Source: a virus
Length of the DNA: 42,123 nt
Virus record (IMG/VR): IMGVR_UViG_3300030040_000052
Location: 1 to 42,123 of that record
Reading direction: 5' to 3' (one strand)
The translations under genes were made by a program, and so were the position numbers. The stretch's first letter is position 1, and each line of letters opens with the position of its first letter. The notes under the pieces are model-generated. The model did not search any database and was not told the origin of the DNA. It worked only from the letters and a program-made list of their open reading frames with translations. Positions 32,623-39,626 of this stretch are shown piece after piece.

Positions 32623-33192
32623 ATGAAAATGGGCACTTACAACGATTTTTATAACTCTGATTTGTACGATTACAACGAATTAAAAGAGAAGGCATTGGCC
32701 TTCAACGCCACCCAGGAAGACATCAATGCTTTGGGTGAATGGTTCAGCCGTCACGGCATGAGTTATTGGAACGGAGAATGCTTCCACGTGGATGCAGACC
32801 ACAACTTGTACCCCATCCACAAGGAAATCGGCTACGACGAATATGAATTAGTCGGTTATACCTTTTCCAGCTGGGACGAGCGCATTATTCCGCTTCCCAT
32901 GACCCCAGAAGAACGAGCGAAGTGGGAAGCGGAGGAAGAAGAAAGAATCCACCGTGAAAACATCGAATACATGACGGAAAAGAAAAGAAAAGAAGATTTT
33001 TTCATGAAAATGCCTGTGGGGGAGCTGGTCGAAAGATATTCCATCGGTTTTAAGCGGTTCCACAGCTCAAACGAATCGTCAATCAGCATTGGCAAACGGC
33101 AGCAGGCGCAGGAGGACGGCGCAGAAAACGCCATTTGGCGGCGTAGAAAGTCGATTAAAAAGTTTCTTCGGGAGAAAAATGCAGCAGAGTGA
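32623..33192 (+). CDS. Hypothetical protein A of accessory operon (187-189 aa)
   Basis: ATG 32623 or 32629 after GAAAGGG; AT-richer than backbone; acidic N-half, Lys/Arg/Glu-rich C-half; no motif recognised. Confidence 0.75.
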   Translation: MKMGTYNDFYNSDLYDYNELKEKALAFNATQEDINALGEWFSRHGMSYWNGECFHVDADHNLYPIHKEIGYDEYELVGYTFSSWDERIIPLPMTPEERAKWEAEEEERIHRENIEYMTEKKRKEDFFMKMPVGELVERYSIGFKRFHSSNESSISIGKRQQAQEDGAENAIWRRRKSIKKFLREKNAAE

Positions 33193-33236
33193 CTGCAATA
33201 ATGCTATCCCTATATTCAAAATCAGGAGGATTCTTC

Positions 33237-33674
33237 ATGGCAGAAAGAAAAATCAGCGGTACATTCACCGCCGTTCCGGGTGGATATTCTCGGAAACTCA
33301 GCGGCGAAACAACATTGTTTGTCCCATCGTTCTGCGCTTCCAGTTTCAACTCAGAAACCGGTGAGCTTTTCGGGTACGCGCCCGATTATGACGCGCTGGA
33401 GGCCGCAAAAACTCCCGCAGTCCAAGCAACCACCCCGGGCGTTTATTCCTACTGTTACGAGATGGAGCACGCCCCCATCGGCTGCGACTTTTCCGCCACA
33501 TTGTCATATTATGGGAAGCATTATTTTCTAACGCCTCTCAGTTGCAATCTTCCGCGGCTTCGCGGGCAAGGCATCACTTTTGACGAGCAACAAGGCGACT
33601 ATATGGTAACGCGAAAGGCGTTTGAGAAACTGAAAACGCAGTACCGCATCACGATGGAACATTGCCTTGACTAG
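33237..33674 (+). CDS. Hypothetical protein B of accessory operon (145 aa)
   Basis: ATG 33237 7 nt after AGGAGG (track ORF start 33189 lacks an RBS). Confidence 0.75.
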   Translation: MAERKISGTFTAVPGGYSRKLSGETTLFVPSFCASSFNSETGELFGYAPDYDALEAAKTPAVQATTPGVYSYCYEMEHAPIGCDFSATLSYYGKHYFLTPLSCNLPRLRGQGITFDEQQGDYMVTRKAFEKLKTQYRITMEHCLD

Positions 33675-33763
33675 TGGGACACTTTAAGGGGCTGCACCGT
33701 AAAGCAACCCCATTCCAGCGGCAACGCCGCCGCAATATTTCAAAATCAAGGAGGTTGAGATGT

Positions 33764-34645
33764 ATGGACGTAACAATTCACGGAGAGCAGGTTCGCATCA
33801 TCATTCCAAACGGCGCAGAGGCGTATATGGATTTAATTTTTGAATACGATGGGAAGATTTATCGCCGCGCCATCAGCAAAACGGATGGAAATGCGAAAAG
33901 TGGCTTCATGTTTTCCTGCAATGGCGGCAAGGCATGGAATTTCATTCGGACACAGGCAGCCCCAAAGCCGGTGTATATCGCCTATTTTCAAACACGGGAT
34001 TCCCTTCCAAACGACGATTTCCCCGGAATCGCAGGGCGGAAGCGGAAGCCGAAAAAAATTCACGTTCCTGCGCCGGAATGTGCTGTCATCAAGCCTGACG
34101 GCCAGAGAAAAGAATACACAAAAGACGAGCTTCTGGACTACATTGATTCCATCATAGACGATGACCTTTTCCATTTCAGGAAATACGGATATGCCGACAC
34201 CTATCAAGAACGCTACCGCAAAGCAGCGGCGGAATATAAGGATTCAATCGCAGCGGCGTTTACACCAGAATCTTTCCCGGAATTTCAGTGGGATTCAGAA
34301 ACAGGTCTGCCAGCTTCTCCGGCATTCAGCTGGGACGAGTACCAAAAGCAGGAGAAGGCAGCGCCGGAAGAAAAGCGTATGGTGCTCCATGGAACCGCCG
34401 GAACAGTGGTCAGGTTTAAACGTGTCATGTATACCTTGACCTGTGACATCAGCTTCCCGCCAAATCCGTCTATCTGCTACGCCTACCCCACAGCGAAGGC
34501 ATACCGCACCCATAAGCCAGATGAATTTTTTAATATCGTGTGGTGGAAAATGGATAAAAAAGAGCTATATCAGTGGGTCGAAAACGGAGATTTAAACGCA
34601 GATATATACATGGTCATCCCGGACGATGGTAGGGCACTTTGGTGA
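33764..34645 (+). CDS. Hypothetical protein C of accessory operon (293 aa)
   Basis: ATG 33764 9 nt after AAGGAGG; no motif recognised. Confidence 0.8.
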   Translation: MDVTIHGEQVRIIIPNGAEAYMDLIFEYDGKIYRRAISKTDGNAKSGFMFSCNGGKAWNFIRTQAAPKPVYIAYFQTRDSLPNDDFPGIAGRKRKPKKIHVPAPECAVIKPDGQRKEYTKDELLDYIDSIIDDDLFHFRKYGYADTYQERYRKAAAEYKDSIAAAFTPESFPEFQWDSETGLPASPAFSWDEYQKQEKAAPEEKRMVLHGTAGTVVRFKRVMYTLTCDISFPPNPSICYAYPTAKAYRTHKPDEFFNIVWWKMDKKELYQWVENGDLNADIYMVIPDDGRALW

Positions 34646-34665
34646 AATTAAAAGGAGGAATAAAA

Positions 34666-34806
34666 ATGCCTGATAAAAAATCAACATGCCTGACAATCCG
34701 CATCAGCGAAGAATTAAAAGAGCAGCTACGCCAGGCAGCAGAAGCGGAGAACCGGAGCATTTCAAATTTTCTGGAAATCATCGTCCGGCAAGCGCTGAAA
34801 AAATGA
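34666..34806 (+). CDS. Ribbon-helix-helix (CopG/Arc-type) DNA-binding protein, 46 aa
   Basis: Below track cutoff; AAAGGAGGAATAAAA-ATG; MPDKKSTCLTIRISEELKEQLRQAAEAENRSISNFLEIIVRQALKK fits the beta-strand/helix/helix RHH pattern. Confidence 0.7.
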   Translation: MPDKKSTCLTIRISEELKEQLRQAAEAENRSISNFLEIIVRQALKK

Positions 34807-34811
34807 CAAAA

Positions 34812-34845
34812 GGGAGGAGGCCAAAGCCCCCTCCCGATTTTTATT
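34812..34845. terminator. Bidirectional Rho-independent terminator
   Basis: GGGAGGAGGC-caaa-GCCCCCTCCC (one mismatch) followed by GATTTTTATTT; A-tract upstream gives a U-tract for the minus strand. Confidence 0.75.
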
Positions 34846-34930
34846 TGTCTCTGTCCTCCCGGCTGCCCGCCACCAGGCAGCACACCAGCAGGAACACCAC
34901 CCCGGCCAGCACCACACCCGCCACAACCAT
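34841..34930 (-). CDS. Possible 29-aa hydrophobic peptide MVVAGVVLAGVVFLLVCCLVAGSREDRDK
   Basis: ATG 34930 in TAATG overlap with preceding tiny ORF; GGGGGTGGA RBS-like. Confidence 0.3.
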   Translation of the reverse strand: MVVAGVVLAGVVFLLVCCLVAGSREDRDK

Positions 34931-35085
34931 TATTTCCACCCCCATATCAGTGCTTGCAGCCAGCCCGGCAGCGGTAAATTTATCGTTGACCGGATGATAG
35001 CCAGCCGGAAAAAGCCCCAGCTGTACCACATCGCCACTGCCAAAGTTAGCGCTATTAAAATGATTAAGATTATTTTTCTCCGCAT
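34930..35085 (-). CDS. Possible 51-aa membrane peptide MRRKIILIILIALTLAVAMWYSW...
   Basis: ATG 35085 after AAAGGGGAAG; N-terminal TM. Confidence 0.3.
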   Translation of the reverse strand: MRRKIILIILIALTLAVAMWYSWGFFRLAIIRSTINLPLPGWLQALIWGWK

Positions 35086-35219
35086 TTCTTCCCCTTTTCC
35101 GTTGCCACCCGCTGCTTTTCTGCTTCTCGCAGGGCTAGGAATACCATCGTGTAAACCATTTGAGACGTTTTGTCATCCGACACGGGAATCAGCGGCGCTA
35201 TGAAATTCCAGCAGTCCAT
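35070..35219 (-). CDS. Possible 49-aa peptide MDCWNFIAPLIPVSDDK...
   Basis: ATG 35219, no clear RBS. Confidence 0.2.
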   Translation of the reverse strand: MDCWNFIAPLIPVSDDKTSQMVYTMVFLALREAEKQRVATEKGKKCGEK

Positions 35220-35229
35220 GTAGGTCAAA

Positions 35230-35601
35230 TCATGGTTCATTTTGTTCCTCCAAATCCATTTTAGCGCCGCAGGTGCAATATCTAGGCTTTCCCATCCGCA
35301 TTAGCTCAAACGTTTTGCCACACTCTGAGCAGGTAATCAAAGCAAACATTAGCCTGAGCGCTGCGCCCTCGTAAATCGTACCATCTGGGTAGTCTACCAC
35401 CCACCGCCCATGCCGCACCGGCTCCACATCGGCGGCGGGGACAATATCGAAAACTGATGCAACCGCCTTTAACAGCTCCTGCCTCTTATACACCAAGTTG
35501 ATTTGCCTTGCACCATCAGCAGCAGCCATAGCAAGATTCCATTCGCCGTATGCGTGTTCCGCTGCCTTTAGTGCCGCCTCCCGGCTTATGTAATCAGCCA
35601 T
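35230..35601 (-). CDS. Hypothetical protein with C-terminal zinc ribbon (123 aa)
   Basis: GGGAAGGAGAAAATA-ATG; CSECGKTF..YCTCGAKM. Confidence 0.75.
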   Translation of the reverse strand: MADYISREAALKAAEHAYGEWNLAMAAADGARQINLVYKRQELLKAVASVFDIVPAADVEPVRHGRWVVDYPDGTIYEGAALRLMFALITCSECGKTFELMRMGKPRYCTCGAKMDLEEQNEP

Positions 35602-35641
35602 TATTTTCTCCTTCCCGCCCGGGTTGCCCCGGGCTTATCTG

Positions 35642-36076
35642 CTATCTAAAAATCACTACCATAGACGGAAACGGTGCTGGGTTTATTGCCACCCCGTTTT
35701 CATCTTCAAATTTTAACAGTCCACGCAGAAACCGAATTTCCGCTTTTCCGTATATGTAATCGTGGAAATATCTTGTGTCCGTCCGTGCCGGAATCAACAT
35801 GACGATTGTCACCCCCCCACGGACATATTCAGAATATGCCTTTTGAACCCATTTCCCGATCTCCCGGCCATATGGCGGGTTACAAAACACAGTTCCATAC
35901 CCACCCCACGGCATGGACAAGCCATCCATTTCTTGAGTGAAATAGCGTTCACACTTGGCGTTCTCCAGGGAGGCGGCAGCATCTAAACCAAAATGAAATT
36001 CCTGGTCCAGCTCTCGGAAAAAGTCTTTTGGTGTTCGCCAGTCCATTTTTACGCTAGATAATAACGATTTGTTCAT
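35642..36076 (-). CDS. dam: Phage-type DNA N6-adenine methyltransferase
   Basis: ATG 36076; DWRTPKDFFRELDQEFHFGLDAAAS..VFCNPPYGREIGKWV (NPPY motif, phage Dam family layout). Confidence 0.9.
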   Translation of the reverse strand: MNKSLLSSVKMDWRTPKDFFRELDQEFHFGLDAAASLENAKCERYFTQEMDGLSMPWGGYGTVFCNPPYGREIGKWVQKAYSEYVRGGVTIVMLIPARTDTRYFHDYIYGKAEIRFLRGLLKFEDENGVAINPAPFPSMVVIFR

Positions 36077-36083
36077 TAGAGGT

Positions 36084-36983
36084 TCATTCGTCCTCCGCTT
36101 CCATGAAATCTTCCATCCCCATCTGTCCCGGCAGCACATCGTACTCCATCCACCAGCGGAACACATCTTCTGCGGTAGTCCAATCTGTGGTTTCCCTGCT
36201 CGATTCCTTGTTCCGCCGCTTGCGTTCCTTCAACATTCTGTCGAACGCCAATAGGTATAGGTTTTTGTACTTCGGCCACCGGAGAAAATCAAATTCCCGG
36301 TTTTTCCTTCTAGCAAGCGGACAGCCGATACACCCCACCCGGCATTGCCCCTCGGCGTATAGCGGGTTCATGTGGCATTTGGCATCCTCCAAAAAGCTGT
36401 ACACATCCTTGTCTGTCCAGTCGATAATCGGGTTTACAACCCGTTTTGCTTTCAGACGGCAGTTTTCAAAAAGTATCCGCTTTTCGTCATTGTCGTTGAC
36501 AAGGATGATTTTTTTATCCTTGGTTGCGCCAATTTTTTCGTAGATTCCACGATAGTTTTTTCTGGACACAGATTCAGCCCACCGAACGCCGGTACAGATG
36601 AACCGTCCTGCGCCCCCTGTTTCTTTCAGTATGGAGCAGCAGTAGCGAACTAGCCGGGTAGGCGGCATGAGCTTTTGCGGAATCAGGCTCCACATGGACA
36701 CCCTCTGCCCCTTGTAAACCGGCATGTTCACGGTGCATTTGTAGCCCTTTTCCTCCAACCGTTTGAACTCAGTTCTGACAAACCGCACCGTTTCTGGGGC
36801 ATCGGCTGTGGTGTGGTTGTGCTGGAACTCACAGGGGATACTAGAGCGTACCGCAAGCTCGGTGATAACCCCGGAATCTTTACCGCCGGAAATGCAGATA
36901 ACCAGGGGCTGCTGATATGCCTTTAGCGACATCTCGGATGCAGCTTTCAGGCGTTCAATTGCCACTTGTTCCAAATCGCTCAT
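36084..36983 (-). CDS. PAPS-reductase-family (PP-loop ATP pyrophosphatase) protein
   Basis: PP-loop VICISGGKDSGV; C-terminal Cys cluster CRVGCIGCPLA. Confidence 0.9.
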   Translation of the reverse strand: MSDLEQVAIERLKAASEMSLKAYQQPLVICISGGKDSGVITELAVRSSIPCEFQHNHTTADAPETVRFVRTEFKRLEEKGYKCTVNMPVYKGQRVSMWSLIPQKLMPPTRLVRYCCSILKETGGAGRFICTGVRWAESVSRKNYRGIYEKIGATKDKKIILVNDNDEKRILFENCRLKAKRVVNPIIDWTDKDVYSFLEDAKCHMNPLYAEGQCRVGCIGCPLARRKNREFDFLRWPKYKNLYLLAFDRMLKERKRRNKESSRETTDWTTAEDVFRWWMEYDVLPGQMGMEDFMEAEDE

Positions 36984-36984
36984 T

Positions 36985-37227
36985 TTAACCAGCCTCCAGC
37001 ATCCGGCACCGCTTTTTTATGGCATCGTTTTTTTCTGCCAACTCCACGCTGCCATATTTTTCCAGCCCAGTCGTCGGTGCGTCCTTCACCGTGTTCTCAA
37101 CGGCTTCCAGAACCCGGAGCACCGTGTCAAAATCACAAATCGTGGTATCCCAATTTCGTCTGCGTTTCATGTCCGACAGCGTCGTCAGAAGCCACCACTT
37201 GTTGATATATCTGTCATTCAACATCAT
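36985..37227 (-). CDS. Hypothetical 80-aa protein
   Basis: ATG 37227 overlaps upstream TGA; GAGGAGG just upstream. Confidence 0.65.
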   Translation of the reverse strand: MMLNDRYINKWWLLTTLSDMKRRRNWDTTICDFDTVLRVLEAVENTVKDAPTTGLEKYGSVELAEKNDAIKKRCRMLEAG

Positions 37228-37454
37228 TCCTCCTCAAACGTCTCATTCAGCATCCTGTACACCTCGCACCGCTCGAATTTGTCGCAGCAGAATGTCCTTT
37301 GCTGTATTTCAAAATCCTGCTTCCGCCGGAACCGCCACCGCAAAATACTGGCATCCGTTACACCTTGGCAATCAATCACCCAGCCTTCTTTCACGCGGCA
37401 GCAGCGCAGGTAGAACGGGCATTTTGCATAGTGGTCACGCCAGTTGGTCGCCAC
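37224..37454 (-). CDS. Cys-rich small protein (76 aa)
   Basis: GTG 37454 right after organizer stop with GGAGGGGGG RBS; CPFYLRCC..C..FCC..C pattern. Confidence 0.6.
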   Translation of the reverse strand: MATNWRDHYAKCPFYLRCCRVKEGWVIDCQGVTDASILRWRFRRKQDFEIQQRTFCCDKFERCEVYRMLNETFEEE

Positions 37455-37455
37455 A

Positions 37456-38298
37456 CTAGCCGCCCCCCTCCTGGTCATCCATCGGCTCTGCCAGCACCCG
37501 CCGTATGGCCTCCAGCTCCGCCTCCCCCAGCTCGCCGGACGCGCCTTTTGGAATCGCTGTCTTGTCTGGTTTCGTCTGCCAGATGCCACGGGAAATCCAG
37601 TTGACCAACATCGGGATATATACGCCGCCGTCCTTGTTCCATTGCTCGCTTTGCTTCCAAACGCCTAGGCTTGTATACATGGATGATTCATCATTCAGTC
37701 CGCATTGCCTGTATGCCTCCATGGCAGCCTTCTTGTTCCCTCGGCGCTCCTCTGGGTATCCATTCCAAATGATTTCAAAACCATGCTCACCCCCCGCCCC
37801 GGCGCTTAAGTTAGGTTTAGTTAAGTTAGGTTTAGTTAAGTTAGGTTTAGTTAGGATTCCATTTGGATTCCCGTTGGATTCCGGTTGGATTCCATTTGGA
37901 TTCCCGCAAGGCTTCATTCCCGTCCGGGATTCATATAGGGTGATGCACCCGTCAACGGGGCGATCAGTGTACGCCTTGTTTTGCTTGATGTAAACATTTT
38001 TTGAGATTTCTTCATACAATAGCGGACGGATACGGTCGTTTTTCAAACTATTGGAAATCCGCCAGTGCTTCACCACATACACGCTCCCGAACTGCAAAAG
38101 GAAGCGTTTCTCCACCAGCAGCCCCAGCATTTTTTTGCCGTTTTTAATCCGTGCCGTGACGCTCTCCGCAGCGTTGATAAAGCCATCGTCATCAGAAATC
38201 ATGTTTAAATGCACATAAAGTGCCTGTGCACCGTCAGGAAGACGATAAAAATCATCACTCTCCACGATGTTTCCGCTCAGACATCTGCGCTTTGCCAC
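37456..38298 (-). CDS. Phage replisome organizer (N-terminal rep_org domain) containing ori iterons
   Basis: GTG 38298 after AAGGTGA; SDDFYRLPDGAQALYVHLNMISDDDGFINAAE pattern; internal KPNLTKPNLTKPNL / GNPNG repeats reflect DNA iterons. Confidence 0.85.
   Translation of the reverse strand: MAKRRCLSGNIVESDDFYRLPDGAQALYVHLNMISDDDGFINAAESVTARIKNGKKMLGLLVEKRFLLQFGSVYVVKHWRISNSLKNDRIRPLLYEEISKNVYIKQNKAYTDRPVDGCITLYESRTGMKPCGNPNGIQPESNGNPNGILTKPNLTKPNLTKPNLSAGAGGEHGFEIIWNGYPEERRGNKKAAMEAYRQCGLNDESSMYTSLGVWKQSEQWNKDGGVYIPMLVNWISRGIWQTKPDKTAIPKGASGELGEAELEAIRRVLAEPMDDQEGGG
37808..37852. repeat. Origin iterons A: 3 x 15-bp AAGTTAGGTTTAGTT
   Basis: Exact tandem copies at 37808, 37823, 37838. Confidence 0.85.
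37854..37908. repeat. Origin iterons B: 5 x 11-bp GGATTCCnnTT
   Basis: GGATTCC at 37854, 37865, 37876, 37887, 37898 (exact 11-bp phasing). Confidence 0.85.
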
Positions 38299-38304
38299 TC
38301 AAAA

Positions 38305-39027
38305 TCACCTTGCCTTCCCGCCTCTGCAAGCCGCTGTCACCGCCACATTCGGCGGCACAATCCGGCGCACCTTATTGATAAAATGCCCCTCGTGACTGGT
38401 GGCGCTGCTGAGGTGCAGCAGGTAAATTTCTCTGCATTTTGATAAGTCCAGCGTGCATAAATATTCACACAGCACATTGATGTCCATATGTGTGTTTGCA
38501 ATTCTGTGCCTTGTTTTTTCCGGCATCTTCTCGCACCGGCTCAGAATTTCCGGGTCAAAGTTCGCCTCGATGGCAAGGATGTTCACCCCCGGGAATTTGT
38601 ACCGCAGGTTCACCGTGTCAGTGGCAAACACCAGCTTGTCCCCGTCCACCCGGCTTTGAATCAGAAAGCCCAGAGGTTCAGCGCAGTCGTGAAAAACCGC
38701 AAAGGGAACCACTTCCATGCTCCCGATTGAAAACTGCTCCATGGAGGCACACACAGCCGCCCCAGTGGCGTTTAATGCCTCTTTCGTGCCCTCACTCATA
38801 TAAACCGGAATGCCGTCCTTGATGACCTCCAGCGCCGCCTTGGCGTGGTCTTTGTGTTCGTGTGAAATCAGGCATCCGTCCAGCTCCGCAATCCTGAACC
38901 CCAGCAGCGTTTGCAGCGTTTTGTGGGCAAGCCCGGCCTCAATCAGGAGCCGGGTCTTGCTGTCACTGACGATGTAGGCGTTGCCGGCGGAGGACGATGC
39001 CAACGCCGTGAATGTCATATGGGACAT
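38305..39027 (-). CDS. MBL-fold metallo-hydrolase (putative recombination nuclease)
   Basis: HxHxDH motif ISHEHKDHAK; alternative start ATG 39018 in ATGA overlap with upstream stop. Confidence 0.85.
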   Translation of the reverse strand: MSHMTFTALASSSAGNAYIVSDSKTRLLIEAGLAHKTLQTLLGFRIAELDGCLISHEHKDHAKAALEVIKDGIPVYMSEGTKEALNATGAAVCASMEQFSIGSMEVVPFAVFHDCAEPLGFLIQSRVDGDKLVFATDTVNLRYKFPGVNILAIEANFDPEILSRCEKMPEKTRHRIANTHMDINVLCEYLCTLDLSKCREIYLLHLSSATSHEGHFINKVRRIVPPNVAVTAACRGGKAR

Positions 39028-39626
39028 TCCTCCGTTTCTGTCTTCTCCGGCTCCTGCTGCACGTCAACCACCGTTTCCGGCGCGTGCTGCTTCTGCCATT
39101 GGGTGCTGTCCTTCACCCGGTTCTGCGCCCATTCCGGCAGCTTGTCAAATGCCTCCTGATTCCATGGCTCCATGTCAAACCGGATCAGCTCGCTCACCGG
39201 TTTCCCGGCGCTCATGCCCTTGGGCAAGCCCATGATGGTATCAATGTTGGCGTATTCGCCCGTGTCGTTCAGCACCACACCCAGCATGGCTTCCTTTCCC
39301 ACCATGTCATTTGTGTCGAAGTCCCCGAACTCCTCATTCGTAAATTTCCGGCCTTGCCAGCTCTCCACAAATTTGCGAAGGCCGCTTTTCTCGCTTTTGC
39401 TGAAGGTGAATTTCCGGCTCAACAGCCGCGGCTCCTGCTTGCCGTCCACCTCGATGAACTCACCCACCAGTTCAAAGGTGTACATCATCATGTTGACATA
39501 ATTGGACTTGTCCTTGAATTTGTGCAGCTGCTCCCCAATATCAATGCTCGCCACACAGATGGCAGAGTACGTACCGGGTGCTACCGGGGGGATGGTAGGC
39601 TTTGCCTTGTCTTTAATCTTAGCCAT
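39015..39626 (-). CDS. DUF669-like phage protein (possible ssDNA-binding/recombination partner), tentative
   Basis: Synteny between ATPase and MBL genes; LP-x-G-x-Y style N-terminus (VAPGTYSAICV); family call from memory. Confidence 0.7.
   Translation of the reverse strand: MAKIKDKAKPTIPPVAPGTYSAICVASIDIGEQLHKFKDKSNYVNMMMYTFELVGEFIEVDGKQEPRLLSRKFTFSKSEKSGLRKFVESWQGRKFTNEEFGDFDTNDMVGKEAMLGVVLNDTGEYANIDTIMGLPKGMSAGKPVSELIRFDMEPWNQEAFDKLPEWAQNRVKDSTQWQKQHAPETVVDVQQEPEKTETEECPI

Noticed and set aside
34666-34806. RHH gene as the antitoxin of a type II toxin-antitoxin pair
   Set aside because: It is the last gene before a terminator, so there is no downstream toxin. The upstream 293-aa protein has no recognisable toxin motif. 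An autoregulator role fits better, though the TA possibility is not excluded.
37808-37908. CRISPR array
   Set aside because: The repeats are 11-15 bp, directly abutting with no spacers, and lie in frame inside a replisome-organizer gene. These are iterons.
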